IMG/VR virus record: IMGVR_UViG_3300023267_000003
Coordinates: 1-44,925 of that record
Length of the DNA: 44,925 bases
From: a virus
Lineage: Duplodnaviria; Caudoviricetes
Reading direction: 5' to 3' (one strand)
Shown here one piece after another: positions 8,233 to 16,079 of the stretch (the first letter of the stretch is position 1; every line of letters starts with the position of its first letter). The notes beneath the pieces were generated by a model. The model was not told where the DNA came from and did not search any database. It saw only the letters and a list, made by a program, of their open reading frames with translations. Made by a program: the position numbers and the translations under genes.

Positions 8233-8720
8233 TTTCCCACCAAGGCCAGCGCGGCTTCCTCGGTAAGCGCCCAGCGGATCGTTTCGTCTGTACCCCAACG
8301 CCCCTTAAGGCGCTCGCAGCGTGCGCCGGGCTTGCCGTCCTTCTTGTGAAGGCGAACCCACGTAGCGCCCACGGTGTGGTATCCACCGTTATTGCCCGGC
8401 CCAAGGTCCATGCCGGGACGGTAGGTGAAGACCGTTCCGACAAGCTTCTTGTCGGTAAAGCGGGCCGAAGACCAACGGTCGTATTTGCGGTCAACCCTGT
8501 AAACCGTCTTGCCTTCCCATTCATGGTCTGGAGAAGCGGCGCTTTGGGCCTCCTTGAGGGCCGTCTGCGCCGCGCAAACTGCGGACTGAGCCGCGCGAAC
8601 GACAGGCGCGTGTTCTGCCTCGACGGCTTGAACAGCGGCGTACTTGGCAGAGAGGGCCTCGCTCACGGCCTTTTGAGCTTTGGCCAGAGCGTCTTGGGCG
8701 GATTGGATTGCTTCGGTCAT
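8229..8720 (-). CDS. First gene of the leftward early operon, hypothetical (N-terminal coiled coil)
   Basis: GGAG SD before ATG 8720; downstream of a leftward promoter. Confidence 0.7.
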   Translation of the reverse strand: MTEAIQSAQDALAKAQKAVSEALSAKYAAVQAVEAEHAPVVRAAQSAVCAAQTALKEAQSAASPDHEWEGKTVYRVDRKYDRWSSARFTDKKLVGTVFTYRPGMDLGPGNNGGYHTVGATWVRLHKKDGKPGARCERLKGRWGTDETIRWALTEEAALALVGK

Positions 8721-8744
8721 TGGTTGGCTCCGTTCTGTCCATCC

Positions 8745-8821
8745 AACATACACGGCCCGTTTCGGCGCGCAACAGAATAATTCATGTTGCAACGCTTTTC
8801 TGTTCGCGCTACCATTCCGGC
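8745..8821. promoter_or_regulatory. Divergent early promoter pair with operator-like inverted repeat
   Basis: Plus: TTGCAA(8787)-N17-TACCAT(8810); minus: TTGCGC-N16-TATGTT; imperfect IR gcgcgcaacagaa / ttctgttcgcgc. Confidence 0.65.
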
Positions 8822-9028
8822 ATGATGCACCCAATCGCCAAAATCATCCACGACCGAGGGGGCACGCGGGCCTTCGCTGAGGCTGTCGGGGTAGAACCCT
8901 CGCACGTCCGGCTGTGGCGATTCCGCAAGGCCTTCCCGCGCGCTCAGTGGCTACAGATCGCCACGGCGTTCCCCGAGCTGACACTTACCGCCCTAGAAGC
9001 CGTCGATGGCTTCGAGGAAATCAAATGA
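8822..9028 (+). CDS. Cro/YdaS-like HTH regulator (probably leaderless)
   Basis: GGTRAFAEAVGVEPSHVRLWRFRKAFP HTH; ATG 6 nt after the -10 box. Confidence 0.8.
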   Translation: MMHPIAKIIHDRGGTRAFAEAVGVEPSHVRLWRFRKAFPRAQWLQIATAFPELTLTALEAVDGFEEIK

Positions 9029-9216
9029 CCGAAGAAGAGGCAATCGCCTATCTGAACAGGCTCGGATGGGAAGCGCGCGGTAGGATCATCCCGTTCGCCA
9101 CCGTCGTCGCCATTTTGGGTGGCTTCGTTCTCAGGCCTACCGCTGCCATCCCCGCTACTGCGACAGGCGCGGTTCAGCCTCCTCTAAAATCCCCCAACCA
9201 TGGAGGAGACAAGTGA
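9025..9216 (+). CDS. Hypothetical protein
   Basis: ATGA overlap, GAGG SD. Confidence 0.55.
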   Translation: MTEEEAIAYLNRLGWEARGRIIPFATVVAILGGFVLRPTAAIPATATGAVQPPLKSPNHGGDK

Positions 9217-9509
9217 GCCGCAATTTCGACGTTGGCGATGTGGTTGTGTGCGTGCGGATGGGGCCTTGCGACGGGCCGTGGATTCGGATCGGCGGCCTCT
9301 ACAATGTCTCTGAGGCATGGATCAGCCGGGAAAATTGCCCGGCCATCACCTTGGCGGAAGTTCCTCCGATCTACGATCCGCTGGAGCCAGACGCCCCATT
9401 CGATGGATTTGCTTCTGAGGGTTTTCGCCTTGCCTACAAACCCGACCCCGAAGTCGCCCGTGAAGCCCAAACCAACCTCCCCACCCGGAAGAAGGAACCT
9501 GCACGATGA
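9213..9509 (+). CDS. Hypothetical protein
   Basis: GGAGG SD; FDVGDVVVCV motif common in phage ORFs. Confidence 0.7.
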   Translation: MSRNFDVGDVVVCVRMGPCDGPWIRIGGLYNVSEAWISRENCPAITLAEVPPIYDPLEPDAPFDGFASEGFRLAYKPDPEVAREAQTNLPTRKKEPAR

Positions 9510-9703
9510 GCAAAACGAAATGGATCGAATTTGACGGCGATGAGTGCCCCGTTCCCGGAGAAGCTCCCGTATTGATACGCTTGCGGAGCGGTGCCGAAAC
9601 GAGGCGCTTTTCCGAAGCGCGGTATTATCGCTGGACCCGTTCTGAGTCTCCTGACGGTCTCTACGACATTGCAGCCTATTTAGTCGAGGAGCCTGCACGA
9701 TGA
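9506..9703 (+). CDS. Hypothetical protein (WIEFDGDECPV domain)
   Basis: Paralog of the C-terminus of 2463..3134; flanked by 17-bp direct repeats. Confidence 0.7.
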   Translation: MSKTKWIEFDGDECPVPGEAPVLIRLRSGAETRRFSEARYYRWTRSESPDGLYDIAAYLVEEPAR

Positions 9704-10083
9704 ACACCATCGAAATCCTCGCCTCCCTTGCTGCTGTAGCCGCAGTCGCCGGGCCTCTTGCCTACCTTGGAATGAGACGGAGGAAGGTTGCGCCGCCCGA
9801 GCCTACGGGCAACTACTACGGAAACAAGCTGGCAAATCCGTGGACGCCGGAGCTTGAGGATTGCTTGGCCGCCACGCCCGTCCCGCAGCTTGACCGCCGC
9901 CTGACCCATGCCAGAAACCGGGTTGAGTTCGCCAAAAAGACTCTGGCGGATGAATTGAAGGCGAAGCGCGGCGGGATCGGAAAGGCTCGGCGGATGCTTG
10001 AGGCTTCCCAGAATGTCGTCCTCAAGCTTGAGGCTCAAGCCCTTGGAAAGCAGTTTGCCTGGACGGATGGGGACCCGAAGTGA
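9700..10083 (+). CDS. Membrane-anchored hypothetical protein
   Basis: N-terminal hydrophobic helix followed by coiled coil. Confidence 0.65.
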   Translation: MNTIEILASLAAVAAVAGPLAYLGMRRRKVAPPEPTGNYYGNKLANPWTPELEDCLAATPVPQLDRRLTHARNRVEFAKKTLADELKAKRGGIGKARRMLEASQNVVLKLEAQALGKQFAWTDGDPK

Positions 10084-10412
10084 GGCTTTGCGAGGAAGAA
10101 CAGCGCGTGTTCCGGTTCATTGCCGCCCGTGAACGTTCCGGGCGCAGGACCAAGCCGCTGGATATTCAGACCGCCCTTGGTTTGACCCCTCACATATGGA
10201 CCCAGCTACTGGCCGGGCGCGGGGTGATATTTGAGGCGTCCCTTGGGCTTACCGAGAAGGGCCGTTCGCTGGCAATCGCCATGCTTGGACCTGAGCGCGA
10301 GGAGTCGCCGAACAGGCCAAATCCGGTCCGCCAACACGAGGAAATCCTGGCAATTTACAACGCCTGTTTGCGCCGCGACGGGCCTCCTGGAAAAATCGAG
10401 TGCCGCTCATGA
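10080..10412 (+). CDS. Hypothetical protein, possible winged-HTH
   Basis: Coupled; LTEKGRSLA wing-like motif. Confidence 0.6.
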   Translation: MRLCEEEQRVFRFIAARERSGRRTKPLDIQTALGLTPHIWTQLLAGRGVIFEASLGLTEKGRSLAIAMLGPEREESPNRPNPVRQHEEILAIYNACLRRDGPPGKIECRS

Positions 10413-10897
10413 GCCCCGATCTTTTTTGGGCGCGCGTCAGGGTGGGAGTCCCCGAAGAGTGTTGGCCTTGGCTGCGCGGGGCGTGCAAGGGCTACGGCCA
10501 TGTTCTGTGGGAAATTGGCGGAGAGAGAAAGACCCACAAAGCTCACCGCGTCTCCTATCTTTTGACGCACGGCCACATCCCCGCCGGATTAGAAATTTTG
10601 CACTCTTGTGATAACAAGCGGTGCTGCAATCCGGCTCACCTATCAGCAGGAACGCACGCACAGAACATGCGCGATGCCTATGAGCGCGGGCTTGTGCCCC
10701 CTCTTAAGGGAGAGAAGAACGGCAACGCTGTTCTAACTGATGAGGCCGTTGCCGACATTCTGTCCACCCCCAGAACCATCGGGTCCGGGTTGGCTCTTGC
10801 GGCGAAATACGGGGTCTCTCCGGGGGCCATCAGCCACGTCAGGGTCGGCAGAAACTGGCGCGACGGCCCTCCGAAGGTTATTCGGTGCGGGCGATGA
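10409..10897 (+). CDS. HNH homing-type endonuclease (HNH_3-like) with C-terminal HTH
   Basis: ECWPW...AHRVSY...ILHSCDNKRCCNPAHL...N. Confidence 0.9.
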   Translation: MSPDLFWARVRVGVPEECWPWLRGACKGYGHVLWEIGGERKTHKAHRVSYLLTHGHIPAGLEILHSCDNKRCCNPAHLSAGTHAQNMRDAYERGLVPPLKGEKNGNAVLTDEAVADILSTPRTIGSGLALAAKYGVSPGAISHVRVGRNWRDGPPKVIRCGR

Positions 10898-11463
10898 GCG
10901 AGCTTCCAGAAGGCCCGTTTGGGTGCATATACGCTGATCCGCCGTGGGCATTTCGGACGTTCGCCGGTGACGGCGTTCCAACGCAAGCCACTGATCCTTA
11001 CAACACGATGAACGCCGCCGATTTGGCCGGTCTGCCGGTCGCGTCCGTTGCCGCTGACGATTGCGCCCTTCTGATGTGGGTCGTGGATTCCAACATGCCG
11101 GAAGCCTTGGCTCTGGGCGAGGCGTGGGGGTTTAAGTTCAAAACGTGCGCCTTCGTTTGGGTGAAGTCCAGACTTGGCGGCTATCCGCACGTCGGGATGG
11201 GCTACTGGACACGCAAGCAAACAGAACAGTGCTGGTTGTTCACGCGGGGCTCTCCCAAGCGATTGAGCAAGGGCGTTGAGCAGATCATTCACTGCCCTCG
11301 CGGAGCCCATAGCGCCAAGCCGGATCGGACCTACGAGCAAATAGAGGCTTTGGTCGGCGGCCCCTACCTTGAGCTATTCGCCCGCTCTGCCCGGCCCGGT
11401 TGGTCGGCGTGGGGCGATCAGGTCGGCATCCGTGACGGCACGCTGCTGGAGGCCATGCAATGA
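10894..11463 (+). CDS. MT-A70-family N6-adenine methyltransferase
   Basis: IYADPPW, AWGFKFKT, HSAKP, LELFAR...GWSAWGDQ. Confidence 0.93.
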   Translation: MSELPEGPFGCIYADPPWAFRTFAGDGVPTQATDPYNTMNAADLAGLPVASVAADDCALLMWVVDSNMPEALALGEAWGFKFKTCAFVWVKSRLGGYPHVGMGYWTRKQTEQCWLFTRGSPKRLSKGVEQIIHCPRGAHSAKPDRTYEQIEALVGGPYLELFARSARPGWSAWGDQVGIRDGTLLEAMQ

Positions 11464-11819
11464 TCCGGCTAACCCTGAGCTACCCCCCCCAAACTAACCA
11501 CATGTACACCGTAGCCCGAGGGCGTAAGATCAAGTCTGGCAAGTACCGGGAGTGGTTGGATAATCAGGGCTGGGCGGTAGCGCACCAGTTCATGCTTTCG
11601 GGCCAAAGCGGCCTTCCCGGAAAGTTCCGCGTCCGGTTCGGCGTAGAGCGCCCTGACCGCCGCCGCCGCGACTTGGACAACTTGCTAAAGCCGTTGATGG
11701 ACGCGCTGGTCAAGGGCGGTGCGATTGCAGACGACTCCAACGCCGAAAGCATATCAATTTCGTGGATGCCGCGCGAGGGCAATCCTCCCGTTGTCCACGT
11801 TGAAATCGAGGAAATCTGA
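11460..11819 (+). CDS. rusA: RusA-family Holliday junction resolvase
   Basis: PDRRRRDLDNLLKPLMDAL...IADDS. Confidence 0.9.
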   Translation: MIRLTLSYPPQTNHMYTVARGRKIKSGKYREWLDNQGWAVAHQFMLSGQSGLPGKFRVRFGVERPDRRRRDLDNLLKPLMDALVKGGAIADDSNAESISISWMPREGNPPVVHVEIEEI

Positions 11820-12199
11820 TGAGCACGATCGAGTACGTCCGAACGCGGATGCGGGTCAGCGGAATGTCCTACGACCCGCCGCGTGTTTTGGCGCAAGACC
11901 CACTGTTTGACGCCTTCCGCTGGAAATCCATTATCCGCGATGTCGCCAAGAAGCACGGACTGTCGGTGGCCGAGCTGATTGGCCCAGCACGGTCCCGGTG
12001 GATAGCGTGGCCCAGGTTCGAGGCGGCGCACCAGCTACGGACCGAATTAGGGTGGTCGCTTCCGCAGATCGGCAGGCGGCTTGGCGACAGGGATCACACA
12101 ACCGCCCTGAATATGCTGAGACGCTACGAAGAGCCCGCTGTTCGTGGATGGCTGTGCGCCAATGCCGTCAGGGTGAAGTTGGGGGCCAAGGCCCCGTGA
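11819..12199 (+). CDS. Stand-alone DnaA C-terminal (domain IV)-like HTH protein
   Basis: PRFEAAHQLR...SLPQIGRRLGDRDHTTAL. Confidence 0.88.
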   Translation: MSTIEYVRTRMRVSGMSYDPPRVLAQDPLFDAFRWKSIIRDVAKKHGLSVAELIGPARSRWIAWPRFEAAHQLRTELGWSLPQIGRRLGDRDHTTALNMLRRYEEPAVRGWLCANAVRVKLGAKAP

Positions 12200-12723
12200 G
12201 TGCACAAGTCGTCCAGCTTCACCCCGCCAAGTCCGTAGGCGAGAGACTGTGGAGCCTTGCGCCGGATATTATGCGTAAGCGCTCCAGTCGCACGGAGACG
12301 GACAAAGAGGCTGTCCGGGCTGCGAAGGCCGCCGGGGGTGGAGATGTGCTTGTAGCGGCGTTTGAGGCGTTTCTGGCGGGGGATGATGACTACCGCCGGT
12401 ATCGCATGGGAACGAACGGGGCCGGTCCGCCGGGTTTGGCGCGCTGGCTGAAGTGGGGGAGGTGGGAGGCTTGGGTAGCCGATCTACAGGATCGTCGAAT
12501 GCCAAGCCTCCCGGTTCGACCCGGCACGGGAGACGATAATCCCATACGCGCCGCCTTGGTGCAAGCCCTCGGTGAGCCGTTCGTCCGCAGCTACGTTGAC
12601 CCTTACGAGCTAGTGGACGGTGTTCTTATCGTTCCAGAGGGTAAGCTTACGGCGCGGGCCAAGCTGCTGGAGAACCGTGAGTCTTTGCGGGTGTGTGGGG
12701 TTAGGGCTATGCGGAAGGACTAG
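12196..12723 (+). CDS. Replication-initiator C-terminal-like protein
   Basis: LW..P.....RSS...PGLARWLKWGRWE resembles the C-terminus of phage O-like proteins; GTGA coupled. Confidence 0.45.
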   Translation: MSAQVVQLHPAKSVGERLWSLAPDIMRKRSSRTETDKEAVRAAKAAGGGDVLVAAFEAFLAGDDDYRRYRMGTNGAGPPGLARWLKWGRWEAWVADLQDRRMPSLPVRPGTGDDNPIRAALVQALGEPFVRSYVDPYELVDGVLIVPEGKLTARAKLLENRESLRVCGVRAMRKD

Positions 12724-13022
12724 TGCGGCGTGGCGTATTTGCTGGGCGGGCCGTATCGCCGCCACTGAGCGTCAAGATTGGTCCACAGAGCCTCGGAGGT
12801 TCCAAACGCTCTGGCTAGCCCCTTGGCCGTCTTCTCTCCGAGCATCAAGTGCGTGTCTTGAACAGCGAAAAGAAGCTGTAGGGACAGAACCGTGACACCG
12901 TAATTGCCGCCCATACGTCGGGCCAAATCCTCTACGGACCAGCCGCGCGCGTTCATTTCCTCCTCGATATATTCCGAGGGCGGGAAGACTTCGGCGGGGG
13001 TGAATTCAGTGTCGGGCGTCAT
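12720..13022 (-). CDS. HigA/XRE-family HTH protein (orphan)
   Basis: PAEVFPPSEYIEEEMNARGWSVEDLARRMG...LARAFGTSEALWTNLD. Confidence 0.85.
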   Translation of the reverse strand: MTPDTEFTPAEVFPPSEYIEEEMNARGWSVEDLARRMGGNYGVTVLSLQLLFAVQDTHLMLGEKTAKGLARAFGTSEALWTNLDAQWRRYGPPSKYATPH

Positions 13023-13029
13023 GCGCGAA

Positions 13030-13077
13030 GCGTAGCAAAAGCCGCTTGAAAAGGCCAATTTTTTGTTTAGGCTACGC
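13030..13077. promoter_or_regulatory. Overlapping divergent promoters
   Basis: Plus: TTGAAA(13046)-N16-TAGGCT(13068); IR GCGTAGC(13030)/GCTACGC(13071) around an AT-rich core. Confidence 0.6.
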
Positions 13078-13078
13078 G

Positions 13079-13548
13079 GCAGGGGAAGTCTCTGGCTTGA
13101 GTCCTTCCCCTGCACTAACCCGTTCGGGCGGAACGGATGCGTAGACCGGCATAATTTAGCCGAACGCCAAAATTCCGCAAGAGGGCAGTGTCTGATGTCA
13201 GGCCCCCGGTTTGCGAAGCTCCCGTTCCCAAAGCTTTGAGACAGGCGTTCGAAGCGCCGCGCTGCTGAGTCGTGGGGTTAACTCGCGGGGCCATCGGCGC
13301 ACTCAGGCTACCGTGGGGACCGACCCAGCCAAACCCAGTCCGAACGGCGAAGGGGTGGTCGGCAGAGTGACGCAAGCTCTGGAAGCAATCGCCAAGCGCA
13401 CGGCCACGTCGGTTCGTGAGCGTCCAAAGCGAGGGGTTGGCTCCGAGGGTCAGCTACCATCGTGCAGGACCGGACTGCGCCCTAGACCGTTTTGGTCGGG
13501 GAGGTAGTCCTATGTCCTGCGCTCGGGGTTTCACCGAGGGTCAGTTAC
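13079..13548 (+). ncRNA. Putative large structured non-coding RNA (~470 nt)
   Basis: No convincing ORF; a near-continuous series of helices starts at the predicted TSS. Confidence 0.6.
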
Positions 13549-13552
13549 AGGA

Positions 13553-13984
13553 ATGAAGGCAGACAAGAACAGCAAACGGAGCCAGCTAAAACGGCACAAG
13601 GCCAAAAATCGCCGGAACAAGTCCGCGTGTGTCGTTTACGGTCTTTTCGCTGACGACGGCATTATTGCCTACATCGGGCAGACACGATGCTTGCTGGCGA
13701 CCCGGCTTAAGTTCCACCTGAAGGCCGCTGAAACTCGCGGTTCGAACGTGCAGCGGTGGATTCGAGAACGCGTCCAGGCTGGCGAGCAAATCGGGATTAT
13801 GGCGCTGGACGCAAAGGCGGTCTGGAACGTCACCGAGGTTGTTATGATCGAACGCTATCGCGCCAAGGGCCACGCCTTGCTGAACATGACGGACGGAGGC
13901 GGCTCGCCGCCCCTGAAAATGCTCCGCAAGTGGAAGGCCAAGCGGAAAGGGAACTGTGGCCTAACGCCAACTGACACACGCTAA
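13553..13984 (+). CDS. GIY-YIG-family endonuclease with basic termini
   Basis: VVYGL...AYIGQT...RLKFH...E...LLNMTDGG. Confidence 0.85.
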   Translation: MKADKNSKRSQLKRHKAKNRRNKSACVVYGLFADDGIIAYIGQTRCLLATRLKFHLKAAETRGSNVQRWIRERVQAGEQIGIMALDAKAVWNVTEVVMIERYRAKGHALLNMTDGGGSPPLKMLRKWKAKRKGNCGLTPTDTR

Positions 13985-14111
13985 GCCTTTGAACGCACAG
14001 ACTAAAACCCACCAATCCCCCAACGATTAAGACGCTTGGCGGGGTGATGAAGATAGTGGTTGACTTGTGGCGCTGTGTGGTTGACGATATGGCACCAAGG
14101 GAAAGACTTCA

Positions 14112-14447
14112 TTGACACGTGCTCTGGACGGCAAGCCCCTACCGCAGCCTATGGCGCGCTCGCAGCGGTTCGGCTGGACAGAGCGCCGCCTGAACGATCC
14201 TGACGCGGGCCTATACGTCAGTGTGGTCGCTCAAGACTTCGTGGACGCCTACATCCTTGAAACTGGAGCGCCCTACGAAGAAACGCTGTGGGGAGCGAGG
14301 CGGTGCCCGCAACTAGGCCGCGACCTTGCCGAGCTGGCCAGGGGCGGCGTTCTGCGCCGTGGCCGTACAGGACTTCAGGGCCTGGCTGGGCAGGGCTTCC
14401 CGCGCTGGGTCTGGAACTATCGCTCGGCACGCAGGGCCACCGCCTAA
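14112..14447 (+). CDS. Hypothetical protein
   Basis: ORF followed by TAATG coupling; start uncertain (14112 or 14151). Confidence 0.65.
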   Translation: MTRALDGKPLPQPMARSQRFGWTERRLNDPDAGLYVSVVAQDFVDAYILETGAPYEETLWGARRCPQLGRDLAELARGGVLRRGRTGLQGLAGQGFPRWVWNYRSARRATA

Positions 14448-14644
14448 TGCCCTTCACCCAACAAATCCCGGATGGCGTAATGCTGACCGCCCGCATACAG
14501 CGCGGACTCGGGCTATCGTGGCGGGCCATCGCAGAAGGAACCGGCTACACCCACGAAGGCATCCGCTACGCCCTTAACCGTGAGGCCATCCGCGCCCAAC
14601 GCGCAAAGCGCCGGGCTGAAAATAAGTTGGCCAAGGCGAAATGA
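14447..14644 (+). CDS. Small HTH-like protein
   Basis: GLSWRAIAEGTGYTHEGIRYAL. Confidence 0.65.
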   Translation: MPFTQQIPDGVMLTARIQRGLGLSWRAIAEGTGYTHEGIRYALNREAIRAQRAKRRAENKLAKAK

Positions 14645-14680
14645 GTGGTTGACACCGTGCCTGCCTAGCGTATGGTTGAC
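14645..14680 (+). promoter_or_regulatory. Sigma70-like promoter with TGGTTGAC direct repeats
   Basis: TTGACA(14649)-N16-TATGGT(14671). Confidence 0.6.
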
Positions 14681-14702
14681 ACATCTAAACGGGAGCAGAC
14701 CA

Positions 14703-14891
14703 ATGACCAAGATCCATACCCTCCACGCCAGCTACAAGGCCCCCAACGGCAAGCGCGTCACGAAGGATTTTCCGGTGAGCGACTTCGAAGCTACCGATCC
14801 GGAGGCTCGCGCCAAGGCTATCAGCAACGCCAGCGCATACGGGTTCGGGCGAGGCTGGAACATCGTCAACTGGACGATCAGCCCCACCTAA
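14703..14891 (+). CDS. Hypothetical protein
   Basis: GGGAG SD; start re-called. Confidence 0.65.
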   Translation: MTKIHTLHASYKAPNGKRVTKDFPVSDFEATDPEARAKAISNASAYGFGRGWNIVNWTISPT

Positions 14892-14915
14892 CCCCCACTC
14901 CTGAGAGGAAAGACC

Positions 14916-15140
14916 ATGAGCGCCAGGATCGGAACCGAAATCGCAGCGAAGGCCAAGCGAGCCCTTGAGCGCAGGTTCGGGCAGTCGGTTCTCAACATCG
15001 AGTTCCGAAACGCCACGGACCACTACAAGCCCGGCTGCATCCGCGCAGTTGACCCCGAAACCGGGTCTTGGATCGAAGGCGCAATGACCGGCAAGCGTTT
15101 CCGCGTCTACGCCGAACACGACGCAGCGAGGCGCGTATGA
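14916..15140 (+). CDS. Hypothetical protein
   Basis: GAGG SD. Confidence 0.65.
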   Translation: MSARIGTEIAAKAKRALERRFGQSVLNIEFRNATDHYKPGCIRAVDPETGSWIEGAMTGKRFRVYAEHDAARRV

Positions 15141-15244
15141 CCGACAGATACCGCGTCGTCGAGCAAAACGGATGGTTCTACCCGCAGTTTCGCGGCTGGT
15201 TCGGATGGTGCTATTTTGCGGCATTAGGTAGCAAACACACCTAG
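15137..15244 (+). pseudogene. Short, possibly truncated ORF at a moron boundary
   Basis: ATGA-coupled MTDRYRVVEQNGWFYPQFRGWFGW..., stops after 35 aa. Confidence 0.35.
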
Positions 15245-15328
15245 CGCCGCTCCGCCTAACAGGAGCTGGGAATTGGGAAACAACCTAGAGCGTTGCGATA
15301 TGGACGGAGTCGCCGCAATGATGCGGCG

Positions 15329-16051
15329 ATGCCTAGCCCGTGGAAATTCATCAAGGCTCATCCGCTGTTTGCGGTCAGCGTCGTTCTGGGCGCAGCCTTG
15401 AACCTCTACGGAACAGCATCAACGGCCTACGACCTTTACACGGCGGGCTTACACCCGTGGGCGTGGCAGGCTATCGGTGCGGGCCTTTTCTTTCTCAGCT
15501 GCGTGACGCTGCTCTACAGCTTCTGGGCTGCACACCCGAACGCCCCTGAAAAGGCGGCGGCGGAGAAGCGGCTTGCCGTAGCCCCTGAGCGACCGTGGAA
15601 TAAACCGCGCATCAACTACGCCGCGTGGGACAACATCGACCTGTTTCAGATCAACGCCGCTGCGCAGCTGTGGGCGGAGAATGAGCCAGCCGCATACATG
15701 GTGCCATGGACTCAGGACTCTGTGGTTTTCAAACAGATGTTGTCGCGGGCGGCGGATACCGGAAAGCTTCGGACCGCCACAAGCGCGGGACAACTACGCC
15801 CCGTGCGCTCGCCGGTTCGGGAAGACACCCACGTCACCCGCCAACAACTTTTGGACTACGCCGCCGAGATAAATCAGAAGCCGACGTTTCTTTTCCCCGG
15901 TGAGCGGAAAGCGGAAATTGCGGCGGCAACGGGTCGCCCTTGTTCGCCGCAACTTCACGGTGACACCCCGTGCAGCGGTAGATGCCCGAGTACGGCACGG
16001 GATGCCCCGGAGGGGTCGCCTTGTCGAACAGGGGGTCGTTGTTTTGAGTGA
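15329..16051 (+). CDS. Moron: two-TM membrane protein with soluble domain
   Basis: Two hydrophobic helices, then YAAWD...AAQLWA...KPTFLFP; the tail overlaps an antisense gene. Confidence 0.7.
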   Translation: MPSPWKFIKAHPLFAVSVVLGAALNLYGTASTAYDLYTAGLHPWAWQAIGAGLFFLSCVTLLYSFWAAHPNAPEKAAAEKRLAVAPERPWNKPRINYAAWDNIDLFQINAAAQLWAENEPAAYMVPWTQDSVVFKQMLSRAADTGKLRTATSAGQLRPVRSPVREDTHVTRQQLLDYAAEINQKPTFLFPGERKAEIAAATGRPCSPQLHGDTPCSGRCPSTARDAPEGSPCRTGGRCFE

Positions 16052-16079
16052 AGAATTGGTGGTGCTTGTAGGCCGGCAT
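15834..16079 (-). CDS. YjzC / 'protein L'-like Zn-ribbon protein, likely 3'-rearranged
   Basis: PGHPVPYSGIYRCTGCHREVAANKGDPLPPQ. Confidence 0.65.
   Translation of the reverse strand: MPAYKHHQFFTQNNDPLFDKATPPGHPVPYSGIYRCTGCHREVAANKGDPLPPQFPLSAHRGKETSASDLSRRRSPKVVGG

Noticed and set aside
11483-11490. C8 run in rusA as a phase-variable site
   Set aside because: Short and in frame; unremarkable in GC-rich DNA.
12720-13022. Complete HigBA toxin-antitoxin module
   Set aside because: No adjacent RelE/HigB-like toxin ORF.
13115-13507. ORFs 13115..13375(-) and 13211..13507(+)
   Set aside because: No SD, no coupling and no recognisable motif; the region is better explained as structured RNA.
13079-13984. 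Group I intron carrying a GIY-YIG homing endonuclease
   Set aside because: No interrupted host gene is evident and I could not identify the P7 core by eye; not fully excluded without cmscan.
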